Program-made: the position numbers and the translations under genes
The notes under the pieces: generated by a model
Database searches by the model: none
What the model saw: only the letters and a program-made list of their open reading frames with translations
Told to the model about the DNA's origin: nothing
Shown here: in pieces, positions 1 to 10,105 of the stretch
Layout of the letters: each line of letters opens with the position of its first letter
Position numbering within the stretch: position 1 is the stretch's first letter
Source: a virus
Lineage: Duplodnaviria > Heunggongvirae > Uroviricota > Caudoviricetes
IMG/VR virus record: IMGVR_UViG_3300021255_000114
Span: 231,942-295,941 of that record
Length of the DNA stretch: 64,000 nt
Direction: 5' to 3' (one strand)

Positions 1-1262
1 CTCATACTAAAGTATGCATAATTTGTCCGATACATGGTGAATTTTGGCAAATACCCTCATCACATTTATGTGGTAGGGGGTGTCCGAAATGTGCGAATAT
101 TAAACGCGGAGAAACTTTTAAAATAAGTAATGAAGAATATTTTAATTTGGCTATTTTAAAGCATAATAATAAATACAAATATAAAGGTGTTTATAAAGGC
201 GCACATTTAAATATTACTGGTATTTGCCCATATCATGGTGAATTTGAAGTTATGGCGTGTAAACATTTGCAGGGTGTCGGTTGCCCCGTATGCGCACAGG
301 AATCACGAAATAAATCCAAACACTCTAAAAACACCCAAGATTTAATTAATGAAATTAAAACCAAATATGGTGATAGGCTTGATTGTTCTGAAATTGTATA
401 TATAAATGCACATACTCCGGTATGGATTACTGATAAAGAATTAAATTACAGATACCAAATACAACCAACTAAATTATTGACACGTGGTCCGCTTCAAAAA
501 ATAAAATATACACTTGAATTGTTTATAAATAAAGCACGCGAAATACATGGTGATAAGTATGACTATTCTAAAGTTGCGTTTAAAGGTATGGATACACCTG
601 TTTGCATAATTTGTCCGATACATGGTGAATTTTGGCAAAAACCGAGTGACCACCTTTTAGGGTATGGATGTAAAATATGCGGTTATAAACGAAGTTCCGA
701 TACTAATAGAAAAACAAAAGAAGAATTTGTAGAAGAAGGTAAAATTGTGCATGGTGGTGTCTATACATATGATGATTTTGAGTACATAAATTTCCATACA
801 CCGGGTGATATAACATGCCCTATTCATGGTAATTTCAAGCAAACTCCAGCTAAACATTTATCTGGTCACGGTTGCCCATTGTGCAATGAGAGTAGTTTAG
901 AACGTATGTTGCGCGTTTACATGGATAATAATGGTATTGAATATAGTAGATGGTTCACTGATGATTGGCTGAAGAATGGGCGTGGTAAACAAAGTTTTGA
1001 TTTCATTCTCCCTGGTAACATTTTAATTGAGTGTCAAGGTATACAACATTTTGTTAAAGCTAACTTTAAATATTCGGTTGATGTAAAAAAGAATATAGAA
1101 CGTGACGAACGTAAATATAAACTGGCAATAGAACGCGGATATAAGGTGTTTTATTTCACCACCGAGGATAATGCCAAATACAGTTACGTAAGTCATATTT
1201 ACGATAATGGAATATACACCGATATAGACGATTTATTCAATAATATTAAAAAGGATTTATAA
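1..1262 (+). CDS. zinc-ribbon repeat protein (DUF4379-like units) with a C-terminal restriction-endonuclease-fold domain; 5' end lies outside the window
   Basis: The reading frame is open from base 3 with no stop before the listed ATG at 147. At least four units of the type CP.HGEF.Q.P..HL.G.GCP.C are present. The C-terminal segment DFILPGNILIECQGIQHF resembles a PD-(D/E)xK/Vsr-like core. It is a paralog of 19039..20373. Confidence 0.6.
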   Translation, partial: HTKVCIICPIHGEFWQIPSSHLCGRGCPKCANIKRGETFKISNEEYFNLAILKHNNKYKYKGVYKGAHLNITGICPYHGEFEVMACKHLQGVGCPVCAQESRNKSKHSKNTQDLINEIKTKYGDRLDCSEIVYINAHTPVWITDKELNYRYQIQPTKLLTRGPLQKIKYTLELFINKAREIHGDKYDYSKVAFKGMDTPVCIICPIHGEFWQKPSDHLLGYGCKICGYKRSSDTNRKTKEEFVEEGKIVHGGVYTYDDFEYINFHTPGDITCPIHGNFKQTPAKHLSGHGCPLCNESSLERMLRVYMDNNGIEYSRWFTDDWLKNGRGKQSFDFILPGNILIECQGIQHFVKANFKYSVDVKKNIERDERKYKLAIERGYKVFYFTTEDNAKYSYVSHIYDNGIYTDIDDLFNNIKKDL

Positions 1263-1282
1263 ACAAATTACAATAATAAAAA

Positions 1283-1318
1283 GCCCGCCTCCATTTCGGA
1301 AGCGGGTTCTTGTTTTTT
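1283..1318. terminator. bidirectional intrinsic terminator between convergent genes
   Basis: A GC-rich hairpin (GCCCGCCTCC...GGAAGCGGGT) is followed by TTCTTGTTTTTT and preceded by an A-run. Confidence 0.5.
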
Positions 1319-1333
1319 AACCAACCGTCACTT

Positions 1334-1825
1334 TTAGAGTGCGAAGGTGTTGGTTTCCGCGACATCCTCGACGATACCGGTGATGGTGATGACTCCGTTT
1401 CTGATATCCTTCTTAAGGCTGTTATAACGGATGCCATTTGGGAGGTTTACGGTCATATTGATGCTCGGCATGAACCAAACTGCATCGACATCAACATCGC
1501 TTGAGATTGCAAGTGTTCCGTCGTTGGGGTTTACCTGAATCTTGACCATTGTCTCGTCGTAACCGGTGGCAATTATCTGAAGGCTGTACTTGCCATTTTC
1601 GATATGCTCACGAATCTCAGCGTTTGAGAAGTTCACAAGCGGCTGAAACGCCTTCTTGATATCTTCTTTCTTTTCCTCAACTTTTTTTGCAATAGTGTCC
1701 TTGCACTTGCATACCTTATCCTTGCAATCATCCTTAAAGGTTTTTTCATCTGCTGCATTGAAACCGAGAAGTTCAAATGCCGTACCGAGAATGTCGGTAA
1801 AATCAATTGTTTCGTTATTCTTCAT
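1334..1825 (-). CDS. hypothetical protein
   Basis: 163-aa ORF with a start codon next to an AT-rich leader, convergent with the upstream plus-strand gene. Confidence 0.5.
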   Translation of the reverse strand: MKNNETIDFTDILGTAFELLGFNAADEKTFKDDCKDKVCKCKDTIAKKVEEKKEDIKKAFQPLVNFSNAEIREHIENGKYSLQIIATGYDETMVKIQVNPNDGTLAISSDVDVDAVWFMPSINMTVNLPNGIRYNSLKKDIRNGVITITGIVEDVAETNTFAL

Positions 1826-1957
1826 CTTTTTATGAATTTAAGTTATTATTATTTTTCTTTACATATATAATGTGACAAAAAGTGTGCCAAGGAAACAAAT
1901 ATGACAAAATGTCAGTTTCCTTATTCTATTATGCTGTCATGTCTTAAATGGATTAAT

Positions 1958-2115
1958 TTAAATTTGCTCCAACGCACGGTCTACTTCTTTTATTTTGCGT
2001 TTGGTTCTTCTGAGTTCTTTTTTGTTGGTTATAATTTCCAATTCGGTTTGGTGCTTCTGCTCGAGAAGTTCGCGTTTTACGGCTTTTAACTGTTTTTTGA
2101 CATTTTCGTTTGCCA
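1958..2115 (-). CDS. small coiled-coil protein (52 aa)
   Basis: Unlisted ORF MANENVKKQLKAVKRELLEQ... that fills the gap between flanking minus-strand genes. Confidence 0.25.
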
Positions 2116-2167
2116 TGGCAATAGTAGACGTTTGAGCCTTATTTGCCTATAAATAGCCCATCTTCTC

Positions 2168-2668
2168 TTAAAGATAAAACGGTGGATGTTCTTTTCCTTT
2201 CCTTACTCTTGAATTTTTCGGGAAGCCGCTTAGTTTTGTGGCATAACCACTCTTGTACCGAACCCTGACCTCCAATATCCTTGCTCCAAGGACATCATCC
2301 ATTTTGGTGTACCAACCGTTGTCTCGCCATGATATGTTATTAATTTCAATAGTCTTATTGTATTCGGCATTTGTGAATGCCCCAAAACAGGCCTTGTTTC
2401 CGGGAACATGCTCGAGGTTCATATTATTATAAAGCGGAACTACATGATAATAGTTTTCTTTTAGGTTGCTTTGTGACGAAAACAGGAAAAATGTGAATTC
2501 AATGAATTCCAACGTATCGTCTGGGCGAATATTAGTCGCTTCAAACATACTTGAAAAACGATTATTTTCGTCCATGTAAAGATAGCAAGTGTTGACTTTT
2601 ACATCCTGCGCGAAAGAAGCAAGAAACGACAGGATTATAAATGCCGTCAGAAAAATAATTTTTTTCAT
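2168..2668 (-). CDS. secreted protein with a Bacteroidota-type SPI signal peptide
   Basis: N-terminus MKKIIFLTAFIILSFLASFAQ. Confidence 0.6.
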   Translation of the reverse strand: MKKIIFLTAFIILSFLASFAQDVKVNTCYLYMDENNRFSSMFEATNIRPDDTLEFIEFTFFLFSSQSNLKENYYHVVPLYNNMNLEHVPGNKACFGAFTNAEYNKTIEINNISWRDNGWYTKMDDVLGARILEVRVRYKSGYATKLSGFPKNSRVRKGKEHPPFYL

Positions 2669-2671
2669 GAT

Positions 2672-2908
2672 TTAATCCTTATATTTATAATTCTTAATCA
2701 ATTCAATTAGGGTGTCGCGGAGAGTGCTGTTTCTCTGAACAAAAACCATTTTGATCATGTCGTCCAAATCGGCTCCACGAAATTTGACAGCATCAATAAG
2801 AGCATCAACATAAGAGTCGAAGAAGTGGTTCTCATGTGTCAGCCTCATGCAACCGTTATCCAAAAATTCAAAATTTGGCCTAGTGGCAATAACCTTTGGT
2901 TTTTCCAT
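2672..2908 (-). CDS. hypothetical protein
   Basis: 78-aa ORF packed tightly after the upstream gene. Confidence 0.45.
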   Translation of the reverse strand: MEKPKVIATRPNFEFLDNGCMRLTHENHFFDSYVDALIDAVKFRGADLDDMIKMVFVQRNSTLRDTLIELIKNYKYKD

Positions 2909-2994
2909 CTCACTTTATTTATTTTTACAACATTGCGAAGATAAATAAAATTCTCTTTGGCTGATTCAAAAAATTCTTAAAAATTTTTGCTAAA

Positions 2995-3360
2995 TTAATC
3001 GATCCTTTTTCCAAGATGGATGATAAAGACCTTCTCATCAGCAGGCGCTCCCCAATATCCCTTGCCAATTCCAACACCAATGTCATTGATTTCAAACAGC
3101 ATGGTGCGTTTTGTGTATCCAAATGAAAATTGAACGTGGGTGTAGTATGAATTAAGATAGCCATCCTCCATTTTCTTTTCCATCATGGAGACCAATTCGT
3201 CTTGCGGTATTTGCTCAATTTCCTTGGTTTTGGCCTCAAGCATTCCGATGCGTTTTACCCAGAACGGTTTAATCTGACGGTACTCTTCCTTCTTTATACC
3301 ATTCTCTATCATCTTGTACCAGTCTTCCTTGAGCGATAAATGCAATATTCGTTCTTCCAT
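2995..3360 (-). CDS. hypothetical protein
   Basis: ORF 2995..3381 with its start moved to the internal Met, so that TAA-C-ATG abuts the stop of the upstream gene. Confidence 0.5.
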   Translation of the reverse strand: MEERILHLSLKEDWYKMIENGIKKEEYRQIKPFWVKRIGMLEAKTKEIEQIPQDELVSMMEKKMEDGYLNSYYTHVQFSFGYTKRTMLFEINDIGVGIGKGYWGAPADEKVFIIHLGKRID

Positions 3361-3361
3361 G

Positions 3362-3817
3362 TTAACAAGTATAATAGACACAATAGAAGCGTTTGAAATT
3401 CCAACAGGGGAATATCATCCATCCGTAGTAGGAATCCTCAAAGTCGCAACGTTGATGGACTCCGTAGTTGTCACTGTGTTGCCAGTCGCACTCGATTTTG
3501 GCCGTTTCCTTGCCATTGAAACCACACCTATCAGGAACTTCGACGGTTATTTTCAGCTCGTTGTTCTTAACCGACAGTTCGCCGTCCACATATCCAATGA
3601 ATTCAACTCTGTCGCAATCGTTTATTGCTTGGAGGATTTTTCTTGTGTTTGCGACTTCCTCTTCAGCGAGAAACTCAAGGAATTCCTTGTATCCGCAAAT
3701 CATTTGTTGATTGTATTTGGCTTCCTCTTCCGTCGCCCATTTCTCCCATCTTTCCTTGTCCAAATCCTCAAACAAGGCGTTGTTAATACCATCCTCAAAA
3801 GTTTCTTCTTTTTCCAT
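3362..3817 (-). CDS. hypothetical acidic protein
   Basis: 151-aa ORF. Confidence 0.5.
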   Translation of the reverse strand: MEKEETFEDGINNALFEDLDKERWEKWATEEEAKYNQQMICGYKEFLEFLAEEEVANTRKILQAINDCDRVEFIGYVDGELSVKNNELKITVEVPDRCGFNGKETAKIECDWQHSDNYGVHQRCDFEDSYYGWMIFPCWNFKRFYCVYYTC

Positions 3818-3818
3818 C

Positions 3819-4280
3819 TTATTTTATGTTATTTTTAATTTTTACTTGATCCACTATAACTTCAACGGCTTTCAATTGGCCGGGACTGAACGCCCCTTTA
3901 TTGATGCCCATGATAAAATTCGGATTCACTTCGTTTTCCACTGTTACGATTGCTTCGTTTTTTGCAAGTTCCCAGGTGGGAATGGGAGTTGATGCCATAA
4001 GATCAGAATATTCTGCAACGTGTTTTATGAATTCCTTTATTTCGCTGTATTTCTGCAATCTAAGCGCACCGCTTGTATGTTTGTGAATAATGTAGTTATC
4101 GTTGCCTACGGGAATGATGGAAAATGAACCGGAGGAATTTGTCCCTATATGGTCCGAAACACGGACAATGTATCCTTTGAAGCGAAAATACGCTGATCTT
4201 GTCGACCTTATTACGTCATCAGTAAACCTTAAAATAAACTTCTCGAGTTTGGTTCTGTCGTTCGTTGTATCAGCAATCAT
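3819..4280 (-). CDS. hypothetical protein
   Basis: 153-aa ORF with only a 1-nt gap to the neighbouring gene. Confidence 0.5.
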   Translation of the reverse strand: MIADTTNDRTKLEKFILRFTDDVIRSTRSAYFRFKGYIVRVSDHIGTNSSGSFSIIPVGNDNYIIHKHTSGALRLQKYSEIKEFIKHVAEYSDLMASTPIPTWELAKNEAIVTVENEVNPNFIMGINKGAFSPGQLKAVEVIVDQVKIKNNIK

Positions 4281-4325
4281 TTTTTAAAACTAAAATAAAG
4301 TTGTTTGCCTTGCACTACGGCTCGG

Positions 4326-5021
4326 TCATACCAATTCCTTAAGGGCTTTAATCTCCTTTTCCATAAATTCAATCGCATTCTTTCTGATGTCTTCTGAATA
4401 AACATTGAACGTTTTGAAATCAAAGGATTTGTCACAAATATTCGACACCCTGGAATCAGTTAGTTTTTTTAGCATGCCTGAAATAACGGCGTTGGTAATA
4501 ACACAGTAAGGTGCCACGATACTATTTACCGCACCGATTGCCGAATCTAAATCACCAAACTCAGCCTCAGTCCATTTCTCTGAATTCGGTATGGACCTCA
4601 AGACTCTTCCTTTCGTGGTGTCATCTTCTACTTCAAAATTGATTACACAGATGTTCTGGCCGTATGCATCGGCAAGACAATATCCTTTGTGATAATCATA
4701 TGAGAAGCCCAATGATTTCAGATAGTCATGAAGGCCCATCTCTATCTTGCAATGCTTTCGATACATCGGATTATAAATCTCGGAGTCGAACGGAAGCGTC
4801 GAGTTATAGGCATCCATGGCCTCGATGAGTGTTTCTACCGTGTCGTAATATTCCCCATTGAAAGAGAATTTATTTCCGTCAGTGGATACAAAGAAATACC
4901 CGAGATAATGTGCGTTTGCACGATTGCTTTTCCTCTCCTTGTCATAGAGGATGTATCCGCCATCGTGCTCAATCACTTGGTATCTGTCTCCGAAATTTTT
5001 AATAATTTCCTTTCCTTTCAT
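4326..5021 (-). CDS. hypothetical protein
   Basis: 231-aa ORF; a copy of the conserved promoter motif lies about 10-30 nt upstream. Confidence 0.55.
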   Translation of the reverse strand: MKGKEIIKNFGDRYQVIEHDGGYILYDKERKSNRANAHYLGYFFVSTDGNKFSFNGEYYDTVETLIEAMDAYNSTLPFDSEIYNPMYRKHCKIEMGLHDYLKSLGFSYDYHKGYCLADAYGQNICVINFEVEDDTTKGRVLRSIPNSEKWTEAEFGDLDSAIGAVNSIVAPYCVITNAVISGMLKKLTDSRVSNICDKSFDFKTFNVYSEDIRKNAIEFMEKEIKALKELV

Positions 5022-5029
5022 GTTTTATG

Positions 5030-5049
5030 CGTGTTTTTGTTCAACATGA
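5030..5049 (-). promoter_or_regulatory. conserved phage promoter (minus strand: GGTATCTTTGnnnTGTTGAA; -7 box TAnnTTTG)
   Basis: One of 19 near-identical copies, each placed 20-45 nt upstream of a minus-strand start codon. Confidence 0.55.
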
Positions 5050-5100
5050 CAAAGATACCTAAAGCCATCGGATTTTTTATAATTTTTTTATTAAAAAATG

Positions 5101-5301
5101 TTAATCCGTTTCTTTGTCATCCAAAATGGCGCGTAAATTACATAACGGTACGTTCGCAAACATTGTTTTCAAGGGTCCTTCAGTATAGACGACAACGGCA
5201 CTGCCATCAGGACCGAAGTGCATGACTTTGCCGTTGTATGTGTTCTTTGCACCAATTTTGTTTTCAACTATAACCTGAACGTTTATTCCATTTCTTTCCA
5301 T
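5101..5301 (-). CDS. hypothetical small protein
   Basis: 66-aa ORF. Confidence 0.35.
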   Translation of the reverse strand: MERNGINVQVIVENKIGAKNTYNGKVMHFGPDGSAVVVYTEGPLKTMFANVPLCNLRAILDDKETD

Positions 5302-5963
5302 AATTCAGGAGAATATTTAGCGTGGAGCTGATCCAACCACCACTTTGTTTTAAACTTTACCTTCGGCATTCGCTGTCCCTTCATCAGCGACGAACGCCTA
5401 CATACAACACCTTCCTTGACCATCGGATATTTGCAGTCAGGCTTCGTCCAATCGTTGTTGTATATTTCATCAACGAACGTTTTGGTTAGCGTACCGTGGT
5501 ATATCAATTCAGGAGTCTCTATATTATCGTTTTGGCAAAATATCTCGTAGTATGGTTTCGGTTCAATGTAGCCTTTCTTCTTGAGAAAAACATCAATAAG
5601 CGATAGATGCATTTCATCGTTGGGATCATGAAACCCACAGAAACTGTGTTCGCCATACCATTCGAAATAGAAAGTGATTTCATCCACGCCGGTAAACAAG
5701 CCTTTTTTCTTTGAATTATCCGAAACCAATTGGATTAACGTTTCAGGTAGTTTGGATGCCTTGAAAAAACGCACTGTATCGCCAAACTGTTCATCGGTTT
5801 CGTCGACCATTCGTTTCCTGCTGCCGAATGAGTCAAATATCTTCTTGCGAGGATTGTACTTTACGGCGAAGTTCTGACCGTCCAACTTGTTGAACGCCCA
5901 TACATCCTCTCCGAGAAGCGTACCGTCATCCTGTATTCTGTCTATACTGTCGTAGTGTTTCAT
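5283..5963 (-). CDS. hypothetical protein with a KxDG nucleotidyltransferase (ligase-like) motif
   Basis: The sequence AFNKLDGQNFAV matches ligase motif I, KxDG(x)N/R. Confidence 0.45.
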   Translation of the reverse strand: MKHYDSIDRIQDDGTLLGEDVWAFNKLDGQNFAVKYNPRKKIFDSFGSRKRMVDETDEQFGDTVRFFKASKLPETLIQLVSDNSKKKGLFTGVDEITFYFEWYGEHSFCGFHDPNDEMHLSLIDVFLKKKGYIEPKPYYEIFCQNDNIETPELIYHGTLTKTFVDEIYNNDWTKPDCKYPMVKEGVVCRRSSLMKGQRMPKVKFKTKWWLDQLHAKYSPELWKEME

Positions 5964-7546
5964 GCGTTGTAGTATTTGTATTTTTTCGCATCATACACTT
6001 CGAATCCACCTTCCTTGCGGATTTGGCCAAAGACTTCTTTTATGCCGTTACCACTCCAATAGCCGGTATCGATATCATGTGGATTATCGACTTGGTATGA
6101 AGACTTGTAAACCTTCTGTTCCACAGCGTCGATGTACATACTGAATTCACCTTCGTTAAGGGTAATGGTGTGCTTGTATGAGAAGTTATCCTTGATCCAA
6201 TCGAAATAACGGTTCCCGAATGTAGTGTCAATGCTTATTGAATAGGTGTCCTTGAATATTTCGTCAAGTTCATCACGGGTGAAATGCGTCCATTTACAAT
6301 TCTCCCCACGTCCATTGGTCTTGTACCCAAGCATAAGGATGGGAACGTACATATTTGCCTTATTGATGGCTTTACATATCTTAACGGTTTTTTCAACACC
6401 AAGATATTCCGGAATAATGTGCGCAACAATGTATTTTCTGTTAATTCCACCATCTTCCTTGAAAATATTGTAGAATCTCTCCAAAGCCGGAATATCCTCA
6501 ATCGATGTAACGGATACACCGATACCGTCGACAAGTTCCTTGAATATTCGCTTTAGATTACGGCTTTTCATTATATCCTCGCAATCCTTGATGTTGATTG
6601 TTACATTGGCAATATGCCCGTTGTCCTTAATATATGTTAGAAATTCCTCAAGATGAGGGTAAAGAAGGACATTGCCACCACCAATGGAGAATTCAACACG
6701 ATGCCTTTTCGTTTTGTTTGCATCACCACAGTCATTGATAATCGAATGCAAGAAATTGATGTCAGCGTGCTTGCCATCCATGTTGGAATCCATGAAACAT
6801 TGCGGGCATCCGTGATTGCACTTGTTAGTAACTTTAATATCAATAAGTTCTGGGAATTCAGGAACAGGCTCTCCTTCTTCGGTCATATAACGCATACGTC
6901 CACCGAAACAATGACGTGTCGGGTTATAGTAATCATGATCGTTGTCATTATCTTTTACCACAATACGGTCGTTGGTATCACCATATCCAACCCAATAGTT
7001 GCCGTTTTTGGTTACACCCATGTTTTTATACTTACCGAACAGGTCTATGCCATCAGGATCAGGACATTCGTCATGCCCTTCAATCGTATCATATACAAAA
7101 TCCTGTTCATCGGAACCGCCGACAATGATAATCTCCGGATTCTCAATCACGTTACGAAGGTAATCGACCGATGCCTTAATGTTGTCGTCGAAATACAATT
7201 TTCCACGGCAGTACATCCCAAGCCCTTCATTGTAACCATCATATTCATGGTCTTTCTCAAAATGTTTCTTGACAAGCGGATAATATTGTTTCATTTCAGG
7301 ATAAAATCCGCTCATGATTTCAACAAGTGCATCGTTATACATGATATCGGCAAGGACGTACTTTATTTTCGCCTCGCGAGTTGCAGCAACTGTATTGGTA
7401 CAACGATCATAGTAGTTGCACTCGAAAATATTCAGGTCTTTAAACAATTCCCCGTCGTTACGGTAGATAAGTGAATGCGTGGAACTGCTGTTTGTTGCAA
7501 GTCCTTTACGGAAATTCTTGACATAAATAATTTTCATATTAATCAA
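5960..7546 (-). CDS. radical SAM domain protein with a long N-terminal extension
   Basis: CNHGCPQC matches the CxxxCxxC signature, and GGGNVLLYP is a candidate SAM-binding motif. ATGA start/stop overlap with the neighbouring gene. Confidence 0.7.
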   Translation of the reverse strand: MINMKIIYVKNFRKGLATNSSSTHSLIYRNDGELFKDLNIFECNYYDRCTNTVAATREAKIKYVLADIMYNDALVEIMSGFYPEMKQYYPLVKKHFEKDHEYDGYNEGLGMYCRGKLYFDDNIKASVDYLRNVIENPEIIIVGGSDEQDFVYDTIEGHDECPDPDGIDLFGKYKNMGVTKNGNYWVGYGDTNDRIVVKDNDNDHDYYNPTRHCFGGRMRYMTEEGEPVPEFPELIDIKVTNKCNHGCPQCFMDSNMDGKHADINFLHSIINDCGDANKTKRHRVEFSIGGGNVLLYPHLEEFLTYIKDNGHIANVTINIKDCEDIMKSRNLKRIFKELVDGIGVSVTSIEDIPALERFYNIFKEDGGINRKYIVAHIIPEYLGVEKTVKICKAINKANMYVPILMLGYKTNGRGENCKWTHFTRDELDEIFKDTYSISIDTTFGNRYFDWIKDNFSYKHTITLNEGEFSMYIDAVEQKVYKSSYQVDNPHDIDTGYWSGNGIKEVFGQIRKEGGFEVYDAKKYKYYNA

Positions 7547-7997
7547 TTTTATTTTTCAACTTCTCTTTCAATTCTTTGTTCTCGTTCATCAGGTGTGTGA
7601 TTAGAATGGCACAACCAATATCATTTACCGTTCTCGGGCTGTACAGTGTATATGATGTGGTGAAGTCCCTGTTCAAGTCGTACAAGACACCCTCCGGCCC
7701 CTGTGAAACGAAATTATCATACTCAGCACTGAATATCCCTTCATCGTTCATGAACGGAATGGTTTTGTTTTCTAGACATTCCTTGGCAATCTCACGAATC
7801 TCTTCCAACGGATAATCTTGTGCGAACAGTTTCATATATTCGATGTCATCCTCAATGTATTCGGATAATCTTTCGATTTTCTTAATTGCTTCATCAAGGT
7901 TCCCATCGGAAACATCTTTTTTGATTTCATCAAGCGATGCTTTGTAGTAGTCGAACTCACTGCGTTTAACCATCAGTTGCTTAAGTGTATTTTCCAT
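7539..7997 (-). CDS. hypothetical protein
   Basis: 152-aa ORF. Confidence 0.5.
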   Translation of the reverse strand: MENTLKQLMVKRSEFDYYKASLDEIKKDVSDGNLDEAIKKIERLSEYIEDDIEYMKLFAQDYPLEEIREIAKECLENKTIPFMNDEGIFSAEYDNFVSQGPEGVLYDLNRDFTTSYTLYSPRTVNDIGCAILITHLMNENKELKEKLKNKID

Positions 7998-8002
7998 GCT
8001 AA

Positions 8003-8395
8003 CTAATTCCTATAGTCTATTTGAACCATTTGATTATATATGCTGTCCAAAGCCTCACCAATCTTTAAAAATTGATTCAACGCGGATCCCATAAGATGCG
8101 GATCAATTTTTGCAGACATTGTCACTATCTGTTTTCCATTTACACTTGTGGTAGCCTTCACATTGAAATGGAGTTTGTTTAGTCGATTGATTGCTTCATC
8201 CACAGTTTCTTTAAGCCCAATATCAATACGTGTTTTGTAGTAATCAGCACTTATGAAGCCATTACCTCCGACTATCATCGCATAACCGGAATCATTCTCC
8301 TTGACTTGGATAGTACATTCTATCAGATTGTCTGTCTGCGCAAACGAACATAAGGGAATGAGCAGGAAAAATATGCTAAATAATGTTCTCTTCAT
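8003..8395 (-). CDS. secreted protein (SPI signal peptide)
   Basis: N-terminus MKRTLFSIFFLLIPLCSFAQ. Confidence 0.55.
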   Translation of the reverse strand: MKRTLFSIFFLLIPLCSFAQTDNLIECTIQVKENDSGYAMIVGGNGFISADYYKTRIDIGLKETVDEAINRLNKLHFNVKATTSVNGKQIVTMSAKIDPHLMGSALNQFLKIGEALDSIYNQMVQIDYRN

Positions 8396-8398
8396 TTA

Positions 8399-8803
8399 TC
8401 ACTTAATATACATATCGTCATCTGCTTCAAGAGCCAAACCCTTTTTAATTAATCCACGATAGTCAAAGTGATGCGAGTTGAGCCAATCAAACATATTTAG
8501 TTCATTTGCAAGATTACACATCATTGGTTGAAAATCAGGATGCAGTTCATATACACAATGGCATGCTCTAAATTCTTTTAGTTCCTCTTCAGACATACTT
8601 GACATTGGTCGGAGATAGGGTTTGATGTTTTCCAAATTTCTTTCGTAACCATCTGAAAAAACAAACTCTTTATTATCGTTTGTAGTACCAATAACGTCGA
8701 ATGTATATTCAACACCGGCTTCATAACATTTTATACCATACGGCAACCTTGCACAAAGGTCTACCAATAAAATCTGTTTTTGTTCTTGTGTCATATTATT
8801 CAA
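8399..8803 (-). CDS. member of a six-copy small-protein family (conserved LLLKDLCARLPYG N-terminus and HFDYRGLIxKGLALEAPEGMY C-terminus)
   Basis: The conserved termini can be aligned by eye across 8399, 12532, 12936, 42665, 43303 and 44206. Confidence 0.6.
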   Translation of the reverse strand: MNNMTQEQKQILLVDLCARLPYGIKCYEAGVEYTFDVIGTTNDNKEFVFSDGYERNLENIKPYLRPMSSMSEEELKEFRACHCVYELHPDFQPMMCNLANELNMFDWLNSHHFDYRGLIKKGLALEADDDMYIK

Positions 8804-8996
8804 ATTTTTTTATCTTTGTCTCCTCAAATTGATATGCCACTTGGTCGTGGTATTCTTTTATTCCAAAACGAGAAATTTCTCCAGCAAGACTTTCTTTTTC
8901 TTCCTCAATCCATTTTTTAAACTCGCGTAATGGTTTGTTACTTTCAATAACATCAAATGTTTTGACAGTAATCGTTCTGTACACTTTGTATTTCAT
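8796..8996 (-). CDS. hypothetical small protein
   Basis: 66-aa ORF. Confidence 0.4.
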   Translation of the reverse strand: MKYKVYRTITVKTFDVIESNKPLREFKKWIEEEKESLAGEISRFGIKEYHDQVAYQFEETKIKKFE

Positions 8997-8997
8997 A

Positions 8998-10086
8998 TCA
9001 GAGTGATTTTAGTTGTTCGTAGAGTGAGTTAATTACGGCATAAATATATCTTAAATTTCCATCATAACGATGTTCATTAAGCCATTGCTTAAGCACCTTC
9101 ATATGCTCATCACTGGGCTTCCAATGGGGTTGTGCTTTGAGGGATTTTAACTTTTTGAGTATCCACACAGTCTCTTTGTTTGACAGCAGGCAGCACACTT
9201 CTACCTTGTGTAAGAATGATGCAAGCATCTTCTCATCCTCTTCACTCCACTCTGCGGGTTTCTGCTCAATTCGGAGAAAGTCATTATCTTGAATATTTTG
9301 TTTAATATGCTCTTTTTTAGCCTTGCATTCTCCATCACAAAAACATCTGCCTGTTTCTTGAAATCCTTTACAATTTTCTTGACAGTATGTATTAACCTTT
9401 TTCAACTCTTTCTTCTCAGCATCCCACTCATAGCCTGCATTTTTAATCTTAGAGAATAAAAAGTCTCTCTGTTCCTTAGTAGCTGGATAAATTTTAATAA
9501 AATCTGCTCTTGTAAATGAATATATATCATGAGGTATAAACCTTTCACTATAAGTGCAATGAGAGACTACTCTATTAAACAATACATAGGATTTTACTAA
9601 AAATATATCATTCCTATAGCAAAGAACATCCCCATCTTTTGCATCTTCGATAGTCCAGAGATGACCATTATTATCCGTATCAATAATATTATAGAGAGTT
9701 TTATCAGTAAAATAGTAATTACCAAAAGTAACTTTTTCTATTTGTTTTGTTTCATTATTTGGCGTTACAATCCAGTCACCGACCTTGAACTTTGGTTTAT
9801 TATCAGCGGGAGTGTGTTCACCTTGCTTTTCAAGTAAAGAAATAACCTTATTGCAAGCATAAACTTCAAATGTTCTATTTATACCTCTTGATGCTCGCAT
9901 TTGAGATTCTGCACCATCAATATTGAGTTTAAGAACTTCAATCACCTTCTTCCTTACCATTTCATCCTCACTCTCTTTGAGTTCAGGAAACATTTCTTCT
10001 AAATGTAGACTATCTGGAGCACCTTTAGCATAAAGCGCTTTTGCCCTTCCAAAAGCCTCGTCATATTTTTGTTTATAATCTTCCAT
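8998..10086 (-). CDS. member of a three-copy family (shared YDEAFGRAKALYAKGAPDSLHLEEMFPELKE N-terminus, KPAEWSEEDEK repeats, LKAQPHWKPS C-terminus)
   Basis: Paralogous to 10106..10807 and 28258..29277. Confidence 0.6.
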   Translation of the reverse strand: MEDYKQKYDEAFGRAKALYAKGAPDSLHLEEMFPELKESEDEMVRKKVIEVLKLNIDGAESQMRASRGINRTFEVYACNKVISLLEKQGEHTPADNKPKFKVGDWIVTPNNETKQIEKVTFGNYYFTDKTLYNIIDTDNNGHLWTIEDAKDGDVLCYRNDIFLVKSYVLFNRVVSHCTYSERFIPHDIYSFTRADFIKIYPATKEQRDFLFSKIKNAGYEWDAEKKELKKVNTYCQENCKGFQETGRCFCDGECKAKKEHIKQNIQDNDFLRIEQKPAEWSEEDEKMLASFLHKVEVCCLLSNKETVWILKKLKSLKAQPHWKPSDEHMKVLKQWLNEHRYDGNLRYIYAVINSLYEQLKSL

Positions 10087-10105
10087 TTTATTCTCCTTTC
10101 AGTCT

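Noticed and set aside
6653-7474. Long plus-strand ORFs: 6653-7474 (273 aa), 10133-10828, 14785-15357, 16963-17529, 30219-30746, 39409-39924, 41304-41996, 57530-58138 and 59007-59777.
   Set aside because: Each is antisense to a well-supported minus-strand gene: radical SAM, the three-copy family member, Rnl2, a lipoprotein, Cas proteins and others. Their translations are hydrophobic or low-complexity. None has the conserved promoter, since every promoter copy is oriented for the minus strand.
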